In this document: positions 39,684 to 55,174 of the stretch, one piece after another
Numbering within the stretch: position 1 is the stretch's first letter
Layout: every line of letters starts with the position of its first letter
Assembly (NCBI GenBank): GCA_963740025.1
Contig: CAVUCI010000011.1
Span: forward strand, 294,825-358,824
Direction of reading: 5' to 3'
Length of the DNA stretch: 64,000 nt
Source: an uncultured Alphaproteobacteria bacterium
GTDB lineage: Bacteria; Pseudomonadota; Alphaproteobacteria; Sphingomonadales; Sphingomonadaceae
Position numbers and translations under genes: made by a program
Notes under the pieces: model-generated
What the model was told of the DNA's origin: nothing
The model's database searches: none
What the model saw: only the letters and a program-made list of their open reading frames with translations

Positions 39684-39960
39684 GCCTTGCTCCTTCACTA
39701 ATGGTCGCGGGAAAACCCGCGACCGGCTCACGTAGCCACGCGTGCTGACGCACGGGTGGGCGAGTCCATCGATGGGGAAGGAGCGGTGCGAAAACACCGG
39801 GTAGGGCCGCGGCGCATGGCCGGGACCTGAAAATCTCGTTTCCCCGTCTAGGCTGGAAATTAAGGCCGGGCAGATCCCGACCACCAACTGTCTCGGACGG
39901 ACGTCCCGTTGATCTCCGTTGCAATTGCAAGGAGGTCCACCGAACGCGGCGGACCTCTAG
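39684..39960 (-). promoter_or_regulatory. structured rplJ upstream leader / promoter region (putative)
   Basis: Perfect 9-bp hairpin GGTCGCGGG-AAAA-CCCGCGACC (39703-39724) just upstream of the SD. 12-bp palindrome TTGCAATTGCAA (39919-39930). Hairpin GAGGTCC (39932-39938) / GGACCTC (39951-39957). Confidence 0.3.
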
Positions 39961-39997
39961 AGCAAACGAGTGCGGAGTCAACCGAGTTAGCAAGCTG

Positions 39998-40231
39998 TCA
40001 CGCCGAACCCCCGGGACGATAGGCAATCAGGTCGCCCGGCTGGCATTCGAGCGCACGGCAGATCGCCTCGAGTGTAGAGAAGCGGATCGCCTTGGCCTTG
40101 CCGGTCTTGAGGATCGACAGGTTCGCCAACGTCAGACCGACGCGCTCTGCCAGTTCGGTCAGGGTCATCCGGCGTTCGTGCAGCAGGTCGTCGAGCTTGA
40201 TCACGATGCTGGTTCCTTCTTCGGCGGGCAT
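39998..40231 (-). CDS. XRE/Cro-type helix-turn-helix transcriptional regulator (YozG-like)
   Basis: 77 aa: MPAEEGTSIVIKLDDLLHERRMTLTELAERVGLTLANLSILKTGKAKAIRFSTLEAICRALECQPGDLI. The start overlaps the upstream stop (TGATG). Confidence 0.85.
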   Translation of the reverse strand: MPAEEGTSIVIKLDDLLHERRMTLTELAERVGLTLANLSILKTGKAKAIRFSTLEAICRALECQPGDLIAYRPGGSA

Positions 40232-40770
40232 CACACGGTTCCTTCCAGGTCTGCACGCAAGGCGGTGCCGTGACGGAAAACGCGAGCGAGCACGAACAGC
40301 ACTAGGATAAGAAGCGGGCCGCCGGCGCCAAAGTCGAAGGACAAGTTGAACTTCTCGTCGGCAGGCAGGACGGTCGCGAGCCAGGCACCGTAGATTCCCA
40401 GGAAAAACGCGAGGACGTTCCCGGTCAGGGAAATCCACGCCATCCGCGATAGGCGATCGGCATTCTCGGGCACAAACGGGTCCCCTTGCTGCACGCTGGC
40501 GAGGATCCGCCAGAGCAAGACGAGGAAATAGCCTGCCAGGGCCGCGAGTATGAATCCGCCGACCAGTGCGATCTCTGCCAACGCGATGACCTGCCACGCG
40601 CTCATCGCGATATCTTTTTCCGCGAGGCCTGCGGCGAGCTTGCCTTCCACGAAAGGTAGGATGACTGCTCCAGCGACGATGCCTGCTAAGGCGATCACCA
40701 GTACGGCAAGGAAGAACATGAGGATCGCGCGCAGGATCGCGATCAACGGGTCTTTGGCAAGGGACGTCAT
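40231..40770 (-). CDS. DUF2975-like four-TM membrane protein
   Basis: 179 aa with 4 hydrophobic segments and a GDPFVPENADRLSRMAW loop. AGGAGG lies upstream. Paired with a YozG-like HTH, as I recall for this family. Confidence 0.65.
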   Translation of the reverse strand: MTSLAKDPLIAILRAILMFFLAVLVIALAGIVAGAVILPFVEGKLAAGLAEKDIAMSAWQVIALAEIALVGGFILAALAGYFLVLLWRILASVQQGDPFVPENADRLSRMAWISLTGNVLAFFLGIYGAWLATVLPADEKFNLSFDFGAGGPLLILVLFVLARVFRHGTALRADLEGTV

Positions 40771-40792
40771 GGGCCGGCCTCCTTTTGCTGGT

Positions 40793-40918
40793 TCAGGCGA
40801 GCGTGACCGTGACGATGCCGGCGGGGTCGGCTGGGATCTCGACAGCTTGCTGGATCGTCAGGACGGTCAGCACGATCGCGGCGATGGCAGCGATAACATG
40901 GGTGGACGTCGTACTCAT
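40793..40918 (-). CDS. hypothetical 41-aa single-TM peptide (below track size cut-off)
   Basis: My translation: MSTTSTHVIAAIAAIVLTVLTIQQAVEIPADPAGIVTVTLA. GC3-rich codons. GGAG lies 9 nt upstream. Stop is 22 nt before the DUF2975 start. Confidence 0.4.
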   Translation of the reverse strand: MSTTSTHVIAAIAAIVLTVLTIQQAVEIPADPAGIVTVTLA

Positions 40919-40950
40919 TTCTCGATCTCCAATATGGTTTATGCCGATTA

Positions 40951-41014
40951 TCAATAAACACCTGATGCCATATCGTCAATCAATAAATATCGAAAAGCGA
41001 TAAGGCGTTGATTG
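40951..41014 (-). promoter_or_regulatory. putative promoter plus nested-palindrome operator for the peptide/DUF2975/HTH operon
   Basis: Minus-strand TTGACG (40979-40974)-N17-TATTGA (40956-40951). Nested palindrome CAATCAA-N4-TATCG-N5-CGATA-N5-TTGATTG at 40977-41014 overlaps the -35. The region is AT-rich by eye. Confidence 0.3.
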
Positions 41015-41072
41015 GAAAACGAGAAAATTTTGCCTGGCGGTACAGTGCCCGCAATTATCGCGCTGACCTTGT

Positions 41073-41101
41073 TTGACTCGGCCGAGTGGCGAACCTATAT
41101 G
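41073..41101 (+). promoter_or_regulatory. putative sigma70-type promoter for rpoB-rpoC
   Basis: TTGACT (41073-41078)-N17-TATATG (41096-41101). Would give a leader of about 215 nt before the rpoB ATG at 41323. Confidence 0.35.
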
Positions 41102-41322
41102 CCCCCTCGACCGCTCGCTTCGAGCACGGTCCGGCGATGCGCGGCGACGGACCCAGGATGGAAGCGGCGTTTCCATAATCGCGACGCAATACCGTAGTGG
41201 GGCCCCGGGGGTGGTGCGCCTATCGCTGCGGCCTTTTTGCGTCTCGCGGTTCTCGCCCGCGCACGAGATTCGAAGGCACCGCCGCTCACTGCGGCGACAG
41301 ATACAGAGGCGATATCCCTCCT

Positions 41323-45513
<4,191 letters not shown>

Positions 45514-45578
45514 AGGGAGCGGGGCTCAGGCCCCCTCCCGACCCCGCCCGAAGAAATCACCCGTAAGGGATTAAAGTC

Positions 45579-49901
<4,323 letters not shown>

Positions 49902-49924
49902 CCTGCAGTTCGAACCCGAGAATG

Positions 49925-49958
49925 GCCCCGCCGGAGCGATCCGGCGGGGCTTTTATTT
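49925..49958 (+). terminator. intrinsic terminator downstream of rpoC
   Basis: 11-bp stem 49925-49935 / 49940-49950, GCGA tetraloop, then TTTTATTT. Confidence 0.85.
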
Positions 49959-49983
49959 CGGGGCGCGCGTGCGAGAAGGGGCC

Positions 49984-50454
49984 ATGCGTACCGCGTTGAT
50001 CATCCTCGCCGTCGTGCTCACCGGGTGCCGACAGGCGCCCGCCCCTGACCCGTCGCCTGAAGCCGCTGCCTCTCACGCTCCCACGTCATCGCTATCACCG
50101 GTGGCGACGCTGGAGGGCGAGTGGCGCGTTGCCGGAATTGATGGCGCGCCGTTCGATGAAGCTTATGGCCTCGCGCTGAGTGCCGATGCCGACGAGATCT
50201 GGTGGGAGCCGCGCTGCGCTAACATGGCTTTCCGCTATCGTATCGAAGATACGCGCATCGTCACCGGCGAGGTCGAGCCTCCCGCGCCCCTGGAGCTCGG
50301 TCAGCCTCCGAGTCCGACATGCACTGCTGACCCGCCCTCGCGCCTTGGCGACGTTGCCCGTGCTCTCGCTGCAGCGGACACGGTCGGGCGCACGCCAGCA
50401 AACGGAGTGCTCCTTTCAGGCGGCGGGCACAGCCTCTTGCTCTTTTCTCAGTAG
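49984..50454 (+). CDS. lipoprotein, possibly META/HslJ-like
   Basis: MRTALIILAVVLTGC lipobox. LEGEWRVAGIDGAPF and CANMAFRY resemble a META domain. ATG 49984 is preceded by GAGAAGGGG. Confidence 0.55.
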   Translation: MRTALIILAVVLTGCRQAPAPDPSPEAAASHAPTSSLSPVATLEGEWRVAGIDGAPFDEAYGLALSADADEIWWEPRCANMAFRYRIEDTRIVTGEVEPPAPLELGQPPSPTCTADPPSRLGDVARALAAADTVGRTPANGVLLSGGGHSLLLFSQ

Positions 50455-50958
50455 TCAGCCGGATACGAGGGTCGGGATCGCCGCCACGACGGGATCGTGA
50501 CCCCAATAACGCAACAGGTACAGAACGTCCGGCCCGCTAATCCCGACGGTCGCGGTGTTGCGCAACGGATGGACATTTATCCGTTCAGCAGTCGTCAGCC
50601 CGGCGTCGAGTACAACGGTCACGCTTCCCGTAATGGCATTGATCATCGCGAGCGGCGTTACCGATCCGGGTGTGACCCCAAGCAACCGCTCCATGTCCTC
50701 CGGCTTGCCGAAACTCACGCGCTTGCACCCGATCGCCATTGGCAGTGCCTTGAGGTCGACGCGTGCCTCGGCGGGAACGGTTACCAGCCAGAAGGCGCCG
50801 GCCGAATCCTTCAGAAACAGGTTCTTGGTATGCTCGCCCGGGATGGTTCGATCGAGCGCGCGACTTTCCGCGACGGTAAAAACCGCGGGGTGTTCGCTAC
50901 AGTCGTAGGGGATCGACAACGCGGCGAGGTCGGCCAACAAGCCAGCCTCACCGCGCAT
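50455..50958 (-). CDS. YbaK/ProX-type prolyl-tRNA editing domain protein
   Basis: HTKNLFLKD, AFWLVTVPAEARVDLKAL, LLGVTPGSVTPLAMIN. I chose ATG 50958 (MRGEAGLL) so as not to overlap the upstream VOC gene. Confidence 0.75.
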   Translation of the reverse strand: MRGEAGLLADLAALSIPYDCSEHPAVFTVAESRALDRTIPGEHTKNLFLKDSAGAFWLVTVPAEARVDLKALPMAIGCKRVSFGKPEDMERLLGVTPGSVTPLAMINAITGSVTVVLDAGLTTAERINVHPLRNTATVGISGPDVLYLLRYWGHDPVVAAIPTLVSG

Positions 50959-50966
50959 GGCGATGC

Positions 50967-51341
50967 TTACGAGCCGATCCGGTGCAAGGCGCACAGCTTG
51001 TTGCCGTCGGGATCGCGCAGGTAGGCGAGGTACATGCCCGAACCCGGACGCTCGCCCGGCGGGTCCTCGATCGCTGTGCCGCCATTCTCGACGCCAGCCC
51101 TGTGCCAGGCATCGGCCTGCTCGGGCGTCATGGAAAAGCCGATCGTGCAGCCGTTTCCGGCAGTCGCGGGCTGGCCGTCGATCGGCTTGGTAACGAGGAA
51201 TACCCCACCATTGTGGAGATAGATGAGGCGACCCCTTGGATCGACCGATCCTTCGCGCCCGCCGATCGCCTTGAACGTGGCGTCATAGAACTTCTTCGAT
51301 CGATCGATATCGTTCGATCCAACCATCATGTGGCTATACAT
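50967..51341 (-). CDS. VOC (glyoxalase/bleomycin resistance) family protein
   Basis: 124 aa: MYSHMMVGSNDIDRSKKFYDATF ... YLRDPDGNKL. Confidence 0.8.
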   Translation of the reverse strand: MYSHMMVGSNDIDRSKKFYDATFKAIGGREGSVDPRGRLIYLHNGGVFLVTKPIDGQPATAGNGCTIGFSMTPEQADAWHRAGVENGGTAIEDPPGERPGSGMYLAYLRDPDGNKLCALHRIGS

Positions 51342-51416
51342 TCGGCTCTCCCGTCAAGTTGCGACTTGCTACCCATCCATATCGTGAGCCTGCAAGTGGT
51401 CAATAGAGGTCGAGGC

Positions 51417-52838
51417 TCACCCCTCGTGCACGGTCTTTGGCACCATGCACGCCATCACGCCCTCGCGGCCATCCTCGCTGCCGTAGCCCGACCACTTCAC
51501 GCCGCCGAACGGCGCGTCGGCGGCCGATACGCCTCCGGTGTCGATCGCCAGCATCCCGGCTTCGACCTCGGCAGCGAGGCGGCGGCGGCGCGCCGGGTCG
51601 CTGGTCCAGGCGTAGGCGGCGAGCCCGTACGGAAGGCGGTTCGCTTCTTCGATCATCGCCTCTTCGCCCGACATCGAATTGAGAATCGCGACCGGGCCGA
51701 ACGGCTCCTCGTTCATGATCTCGGCGTCGATCGGCACCTTGCTCAGCACAGTGGGCTGGTGAAAGAAGCCCTGGTTGCCGATTCGCTCGCCGCCGGTGAG
51801 CACGTTCGCACCCTGCGATTTGGCGTCGCCGATGAGGCTTTCCATCCGCTCGAGCCCGCGGGCCGAGGCCATCGGCCCCATCTGGGTGTCCTTGTCCATG
51901 CCGTTGCCCACGGCGACTTTACTGGCGCGCTCGATGAAACCATCGCGAAACTTCTCGAACACCGGCTCCTCGACGAGGAAGCGGGTGGGGCTGACGCAGA
52001 CTTGGCCGGCGTTGCGATATTTGTTCGCCGCCATCGTATCGAGCGCCTTGTCGACGTCGCTGTCGGCAAAGATCAGCACAGGCGCGTGGCCGCCGAGTTC
52101 CATCGTCGCGATCTTGAGGTCTTCGGCCGCGAGCTTGGCGAGGTGCTTGCCGACAGCGGTCGAGCCGGTGAAGGTCACCTTGCGGATGATCGGGCTGGCC
52201 AGAAGATGCGTGCTGACTTCGTCCGGCACTCCGAACACGCACTGCGCGGCATCACCCGGCACGCCGGCATCGACGAATGCCTGCACGATGGCGAGGCCTG
52301 CCGCGGGCGTTTCTTCGGATGGCTTGACTATCGTCGAGCAGCCGGCCGCGAGCGCGCCGCCGATCTTGCGCATGACATTGAGCGCGGGAAAGTTCCAAGC
52401 GGCGAACCCCGCGACTGGGCCGACGGGGTGGTACTGCACCTCGACCCGCGAGCCGGCCGGACGCACGAGCGTGCGGCCGTAGATGCGCTTGCATTCCCCG
52501 GCATAGAATTCGAGCAACATCGCGCAATAGATGGTTTCACCGATGGCTTCCTTGATCGGCTTGCCCTGTTCGCGAGTGATCGCGGCGCCAATGTCGTTTG
52601 CGCGCTCGCGAATAAGGCCGGCGGCCTTCATCAAAATGGCCGATCGCTGGTCTGCGCCGGTGTTGCGCCAGGTCTTGAACCCGCGCGTCGCTGCGTCGAG
52701 TGCGCGGTCGAGATCCTCGGTGGTCGCGTGGGTCACCTGGCCGATCGTCTCACCGGTTGCCGGATTGATTACGTCGACGGTGTCGCGTCCGCTTCCGGAC
52801 AGGGTCTCGCCGGCGATCAGCAGGTGGGTATCGGTCAT
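51417..52838 (-). CDS. NAD(P)-dependent aldehyde / succinate-semialdehyde dehydrogenase family protein
   Basis: Start is MTDTHLLIAGE (ATG 52838) within track ORF 51417..53372. Contains FTGSTAVGK, MELGGHAP, catalytic NAGQVCVSPTR and EEPFGPV. Confidence 0.9.
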   Translation of the reverse strand: MTDTHLLIAGETLSGSGRDTVDVINPATGETIGQVTHATTEDLDRALDAATRGFKTWRNTGADQRSAILMKAAGLIRERANDIGAAITREQGKPIKEAIGETIYCAMLLEFYAGECKRIYGRTLVRPAGSRVEVQYHPVGPVAGFAAWNFPALNVMRKIGGALAAGCSTIVKPSEETPAAGLAIVQAFVDAGVPGDAAQCVFGVPDEVSTHLLASPIIRKVTFTGSTAVGKHLAKLAAEDLKIATMELGGHAPVLIFADSDVDKALDTMAANKYRNAGQVCVSPTRFLVEEPVFEKFRDGFIERASKVAVGNGMDKDTQMGPMASARGLERMESLIGDAKSQGANVLTGGERIGNQGFFHQPTVLSKVPIDAEIMNEEPFGPVAILNSMSGEEAMIEEANRLPYGLAAYAWTSDPARRRRLAAEVEAGMLAIDTGGVSAADAPFGGVKWSGYGSEDGREGVMACMVPKTVHEG

Positions 52839-52967
52839 GGTGTCGCGCTCTCCAGTAGCCTTGCGTGTGCTCACTTCGCTGGGTCCGAAGTGCGGACCCG
52901 GGCGCGCGAATGCAAGGGGAACGAGCGGTCTGGCGTAGTTAATGTCGAGCAGGCTACAAGCAAGCCC

Positions 52968-53336
52968 ATGATCCGTATCGCCCTTGCCGTCGCACTGCTC
53001 GCCGCCGCCCCTGTCGCTGCTCAGGATGCAGTTCCAGTCGAAGGACCTTCCACCCCGCTGTCGATCCAGCAGCAGGCCGCTCTCCGCTGCTCGGCGGCAT
53101 TCGCACTTGGTGCAGTCGAACAGGCGGAAGGACGCAACAAGGCCTGGCCGCTTCTTGCCAAACGGGGCAAGGAGTTCTTCGTACGCTCTTCGGCCGGGAT
53201 CATGGACGAGGCGGGCTGGACTCGCGAGCAGATCGCTGCCGAACTCACCGCGCAGGCGCGCAACCTCAAGCGGCCCGGAGAACTCGAGGTAGCGATGCCC
53301 CCGTGCCTCCTGCTCCTCGACGCATCGGGTCTCTGA
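52968..53336 (+). CDS. hypothetical secreted protein
   Basis: Only the last 122 aa of track ORF 50982..53336 are plausible. MIRIALAVALLAAAPVAAQ is a signal peptide. No family recognised. Confidence 0.5.
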   Translation: MIRIALAVALLAAAPVAAQDAVPVEGPSTPLSIQQQAALRCSAAFALGAVEQAEGRNKAWPLLAKRGKEFFVRSSAGIMDEAGWTREQIAAELTAQARNLKRPGELEVAMPPCLLLLDASGL

Positions 53337-53457
53337 AGCGACGACCCGTGTCTTGCGTTCAGCGAGGCGCAAGTGGCGCCGCAGTAGTCTTCACGTAGAT
53401 TCGCCCGGCCTTGTGACTCAAGTTGTCTTTGAGGCCGCTGCATCCGGGAGGTTCGCC

Positions 53458-53895
53458 ATGCGCGTTCTCATCGCCACATTCGCCATTGCCATACTTTCAG
53501 CGCCCGTGCCCGCGTTCGCGCAGGAAGGCGACACCGAGGTTGCGGCTGCCGATATCGAATCGAAACTCAGGGATCCCGCCATGCAGGCGGCGGTGAGTGA
53601 AGGAGTGGCCGCGGCGAGCGAGGCTATGCTCGATATCCCGCTTGCCCCGCTGGCCCGCGCGGTTGCCGAAGCCACGGGCGAAGATCCCGACGCGGTGGAT
53701 CCGTACATGACCATGCGTTCCGTCTCCCCCGATGCCCAGGACATGTCAGACAGGGTTCGCGAAGCGCTGCCGCGGATGATGGGCGCGATGGGATCCGTGG
53801 CCGGCGGGATCGGCGCCATGATGCCTGCACTGCACGAAATGGCGGCGCGCATGCGGGCCGCTATCGACGCGGCTGCCGACAACCCCCGGGACTGA
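53458..53895 (+). CDS. hypothetical secreted Ala/Met-rich protein
   Basis: MRVLIATFAIAILSAPVPAFAQ is a signal peptide. GGGAGG lies upstream of ATG 53458. No family recognised. Confidence 0.55.
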   Translation: MRVLIATFAIAILSAPVPAFAQEGDTEVAAADIESKLRDPAMQAAVSEGVAAASEAMLDIPLAPLARAVAEATGEDPDAVDPYMTMRSVSPDAQDMSDRVREALPRMMGAMGSVAGGIGAMMPALHEMAARMRAAIDAAADNPRD

Positions 53896-53962
53896 GTTTT
53901 CGCCGCCAAAATCCGGCAAGCCCGGTGGATTTGCGCCGCGCGGTCGTGCATGACGGCGCGGC

Positions 53963-54634
53963 ATGTGGCGCCTCTATCAATTTCCGCTCTGCCCCTTCAG
54001 CCGCAAGGTGCGCCTGCTGTTGAGCGAAAAAGGCGTGGGCTATGAACTCTGGCGCGAGAATCCGTGGGATCCGTCGGACGGATTCTGGCGGTTGAATGCC
54101 GCGGGGCGCACGCCTGTGCTGGAAGACAAGGCAAAGGGGGTCGTCCTCGCCGACAGCAGGGCGATTTGCGAGTACTTCGAGGAAACCGTCGACAAGTCGG
54201 CGATGATCAATGGCACCGCTGCCAATCGTGCCGAGATCCGCCGGCTGGTCGCACTGTTCGACGAGAATTTCTATGGCGATGTCGTCGCTCCGCTCCTGCA
54301 CGAACGAATGAAGAAGCGGCTGGTGCTGCGCCAGCCGCCCGACAGCCGCGTCCTGCGTGAGGCGATGAAGCTGGCGCACGAGCATCTGGAATACATCGAC
54401 TGGCTGGTAGAAACGCGCGCCTGGCTCGCAGGCAGCATGATGAGCCTCGCCGACTTATCCGCCGCGGCGCAGATCTCGGTGGCCGACTATCTCGGCGGTA
54501 TCGACTGGACCGGGCACGACGAGGCACGGGGTTGGTACGCGGTGTTCAAGAGCCGCCCGAGCTTCCGTCCACTCCTGACCGAGCGCATGGAGGTCATCCA
54601 GCCACCGGCACACTATGGCAAGGTCGACGCCTGA
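53963..54634 (+). CDS. glutathione S-transferase family protein
   Basis: MWRLYQFPLCPFSRKVRLLLSEKG (thioredoxin-fold N domain with CPFS), TPVLED and SRAICEYF. Confidence 0.82.
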   Translation: MWRLYQFPLCPFSRKVRLLLSEKGVGYELWRENPWDPSDGFWRLNAAGRTPVLEDKAKGVVLADSRAICEYFEETVDKSAMINGTAANRAEIRRLVALFDENFYGDVVAPLLHERMKKRLVLRQPPDSRVLREAMKLAHEHLEYIDWLVETRAWLAGSMMSLADLSAAAQISVADYLGGIDWTGHDEARGWYAVFKSRPSFRPLLTERMEVIQPPAHYGKVDA

Positions 54635-54688
54635 CGCGCTTGAGGCGCGCGCGATCCTCCCCATATTCCTCGGCAAGGAGACCTGCCG

Positions 54689-55105
54689 ATGACCATCGAT
54701 TTCAAGAACCTGACCGCCGAGGAATGGCGCGAGAAGCTGAGCCCGGAGCAATTTCACGTCCTGCGTGAAAAGGGTACCGAGCGAGCGTTCACCGGCAAGT
54801 ACGACAAGAACTACGATCCGGGCGAGTATACCTGCGCCGGATGCGGCGAGAAGCTGTTCACCAACGACGAGAAATACAACAGCGGCTGCGGCTGGCCTGC
54901 ATTCGTCGCGCCCGCGGACGGGTCCGCGATCGACGAACATCGCGACACCAGCCAGGGCATGATCCGCACGGAAGTGACCTGCGGCAATTGCGGCGGGCAT
55001 CTGGGTCACGTTTTCCCGGACGGCCCGCGCGACCGTGGCGGGATGCGCTATTGCATCAATTCGGCCTCACTCGATTTCACGCCCAAGGGAGAAACGCGGG
55101 AATAG
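54689..55105 (+). CDS. msrB: peptide-methionine (R)-S-oxide reductase
   Basis: CAGCGEKLF, GCGWPAF, RTEVTCGNCGGHLGHVFPDGP. Confidence 0.95.
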   Translation: MTIDFKNLTAEEWREKLSPEQFHVLREKGTERAFTGKYDKNYDPGEYTCAGCGEKLFTNDEKYNSGCGWPAFVAPADGSAIDEHRDTSQGMIRTEVTCGNCGGHLGHVFPDGPRDRGGMRYCINSASLDFTPKGETRE

Positions 55106-55174
55106 CCGTTCACGGCGGGTTACATTAAGCCTATGCACCCCCGCGATCGACGGTAACGAGGGTGCGGCTCCAGA

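Noticed and set aside
41197-41322. 42-aa N-terminal extension of rpoB in the track ORF
   Set aside because: The conserved RpoB N-terminus begins at MATKAKAP (ATG 41323). The extension is Arg/Gly/Cys-rich and lies in the predicted leader.
49902-49924. GTTCGAACCC, a tRNA T-arm-like string after rpoC
   Set aside because: There is no acceptor, D or anticodon arm context. It lies in the 23 nt between the rpoC stop and its terminator. I found no tRNA in the window.
50982-53336. 784-aa ORF on the plus strand
   Set aside because: About 660 aa of it are antisense to the VOC and aldehyde dehydrogenase genes. Only the last 122 aa, from ATG 52968 with a signal peptide, lie in otherwise non-coding DNA. 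I kept those as a separate small CDS.
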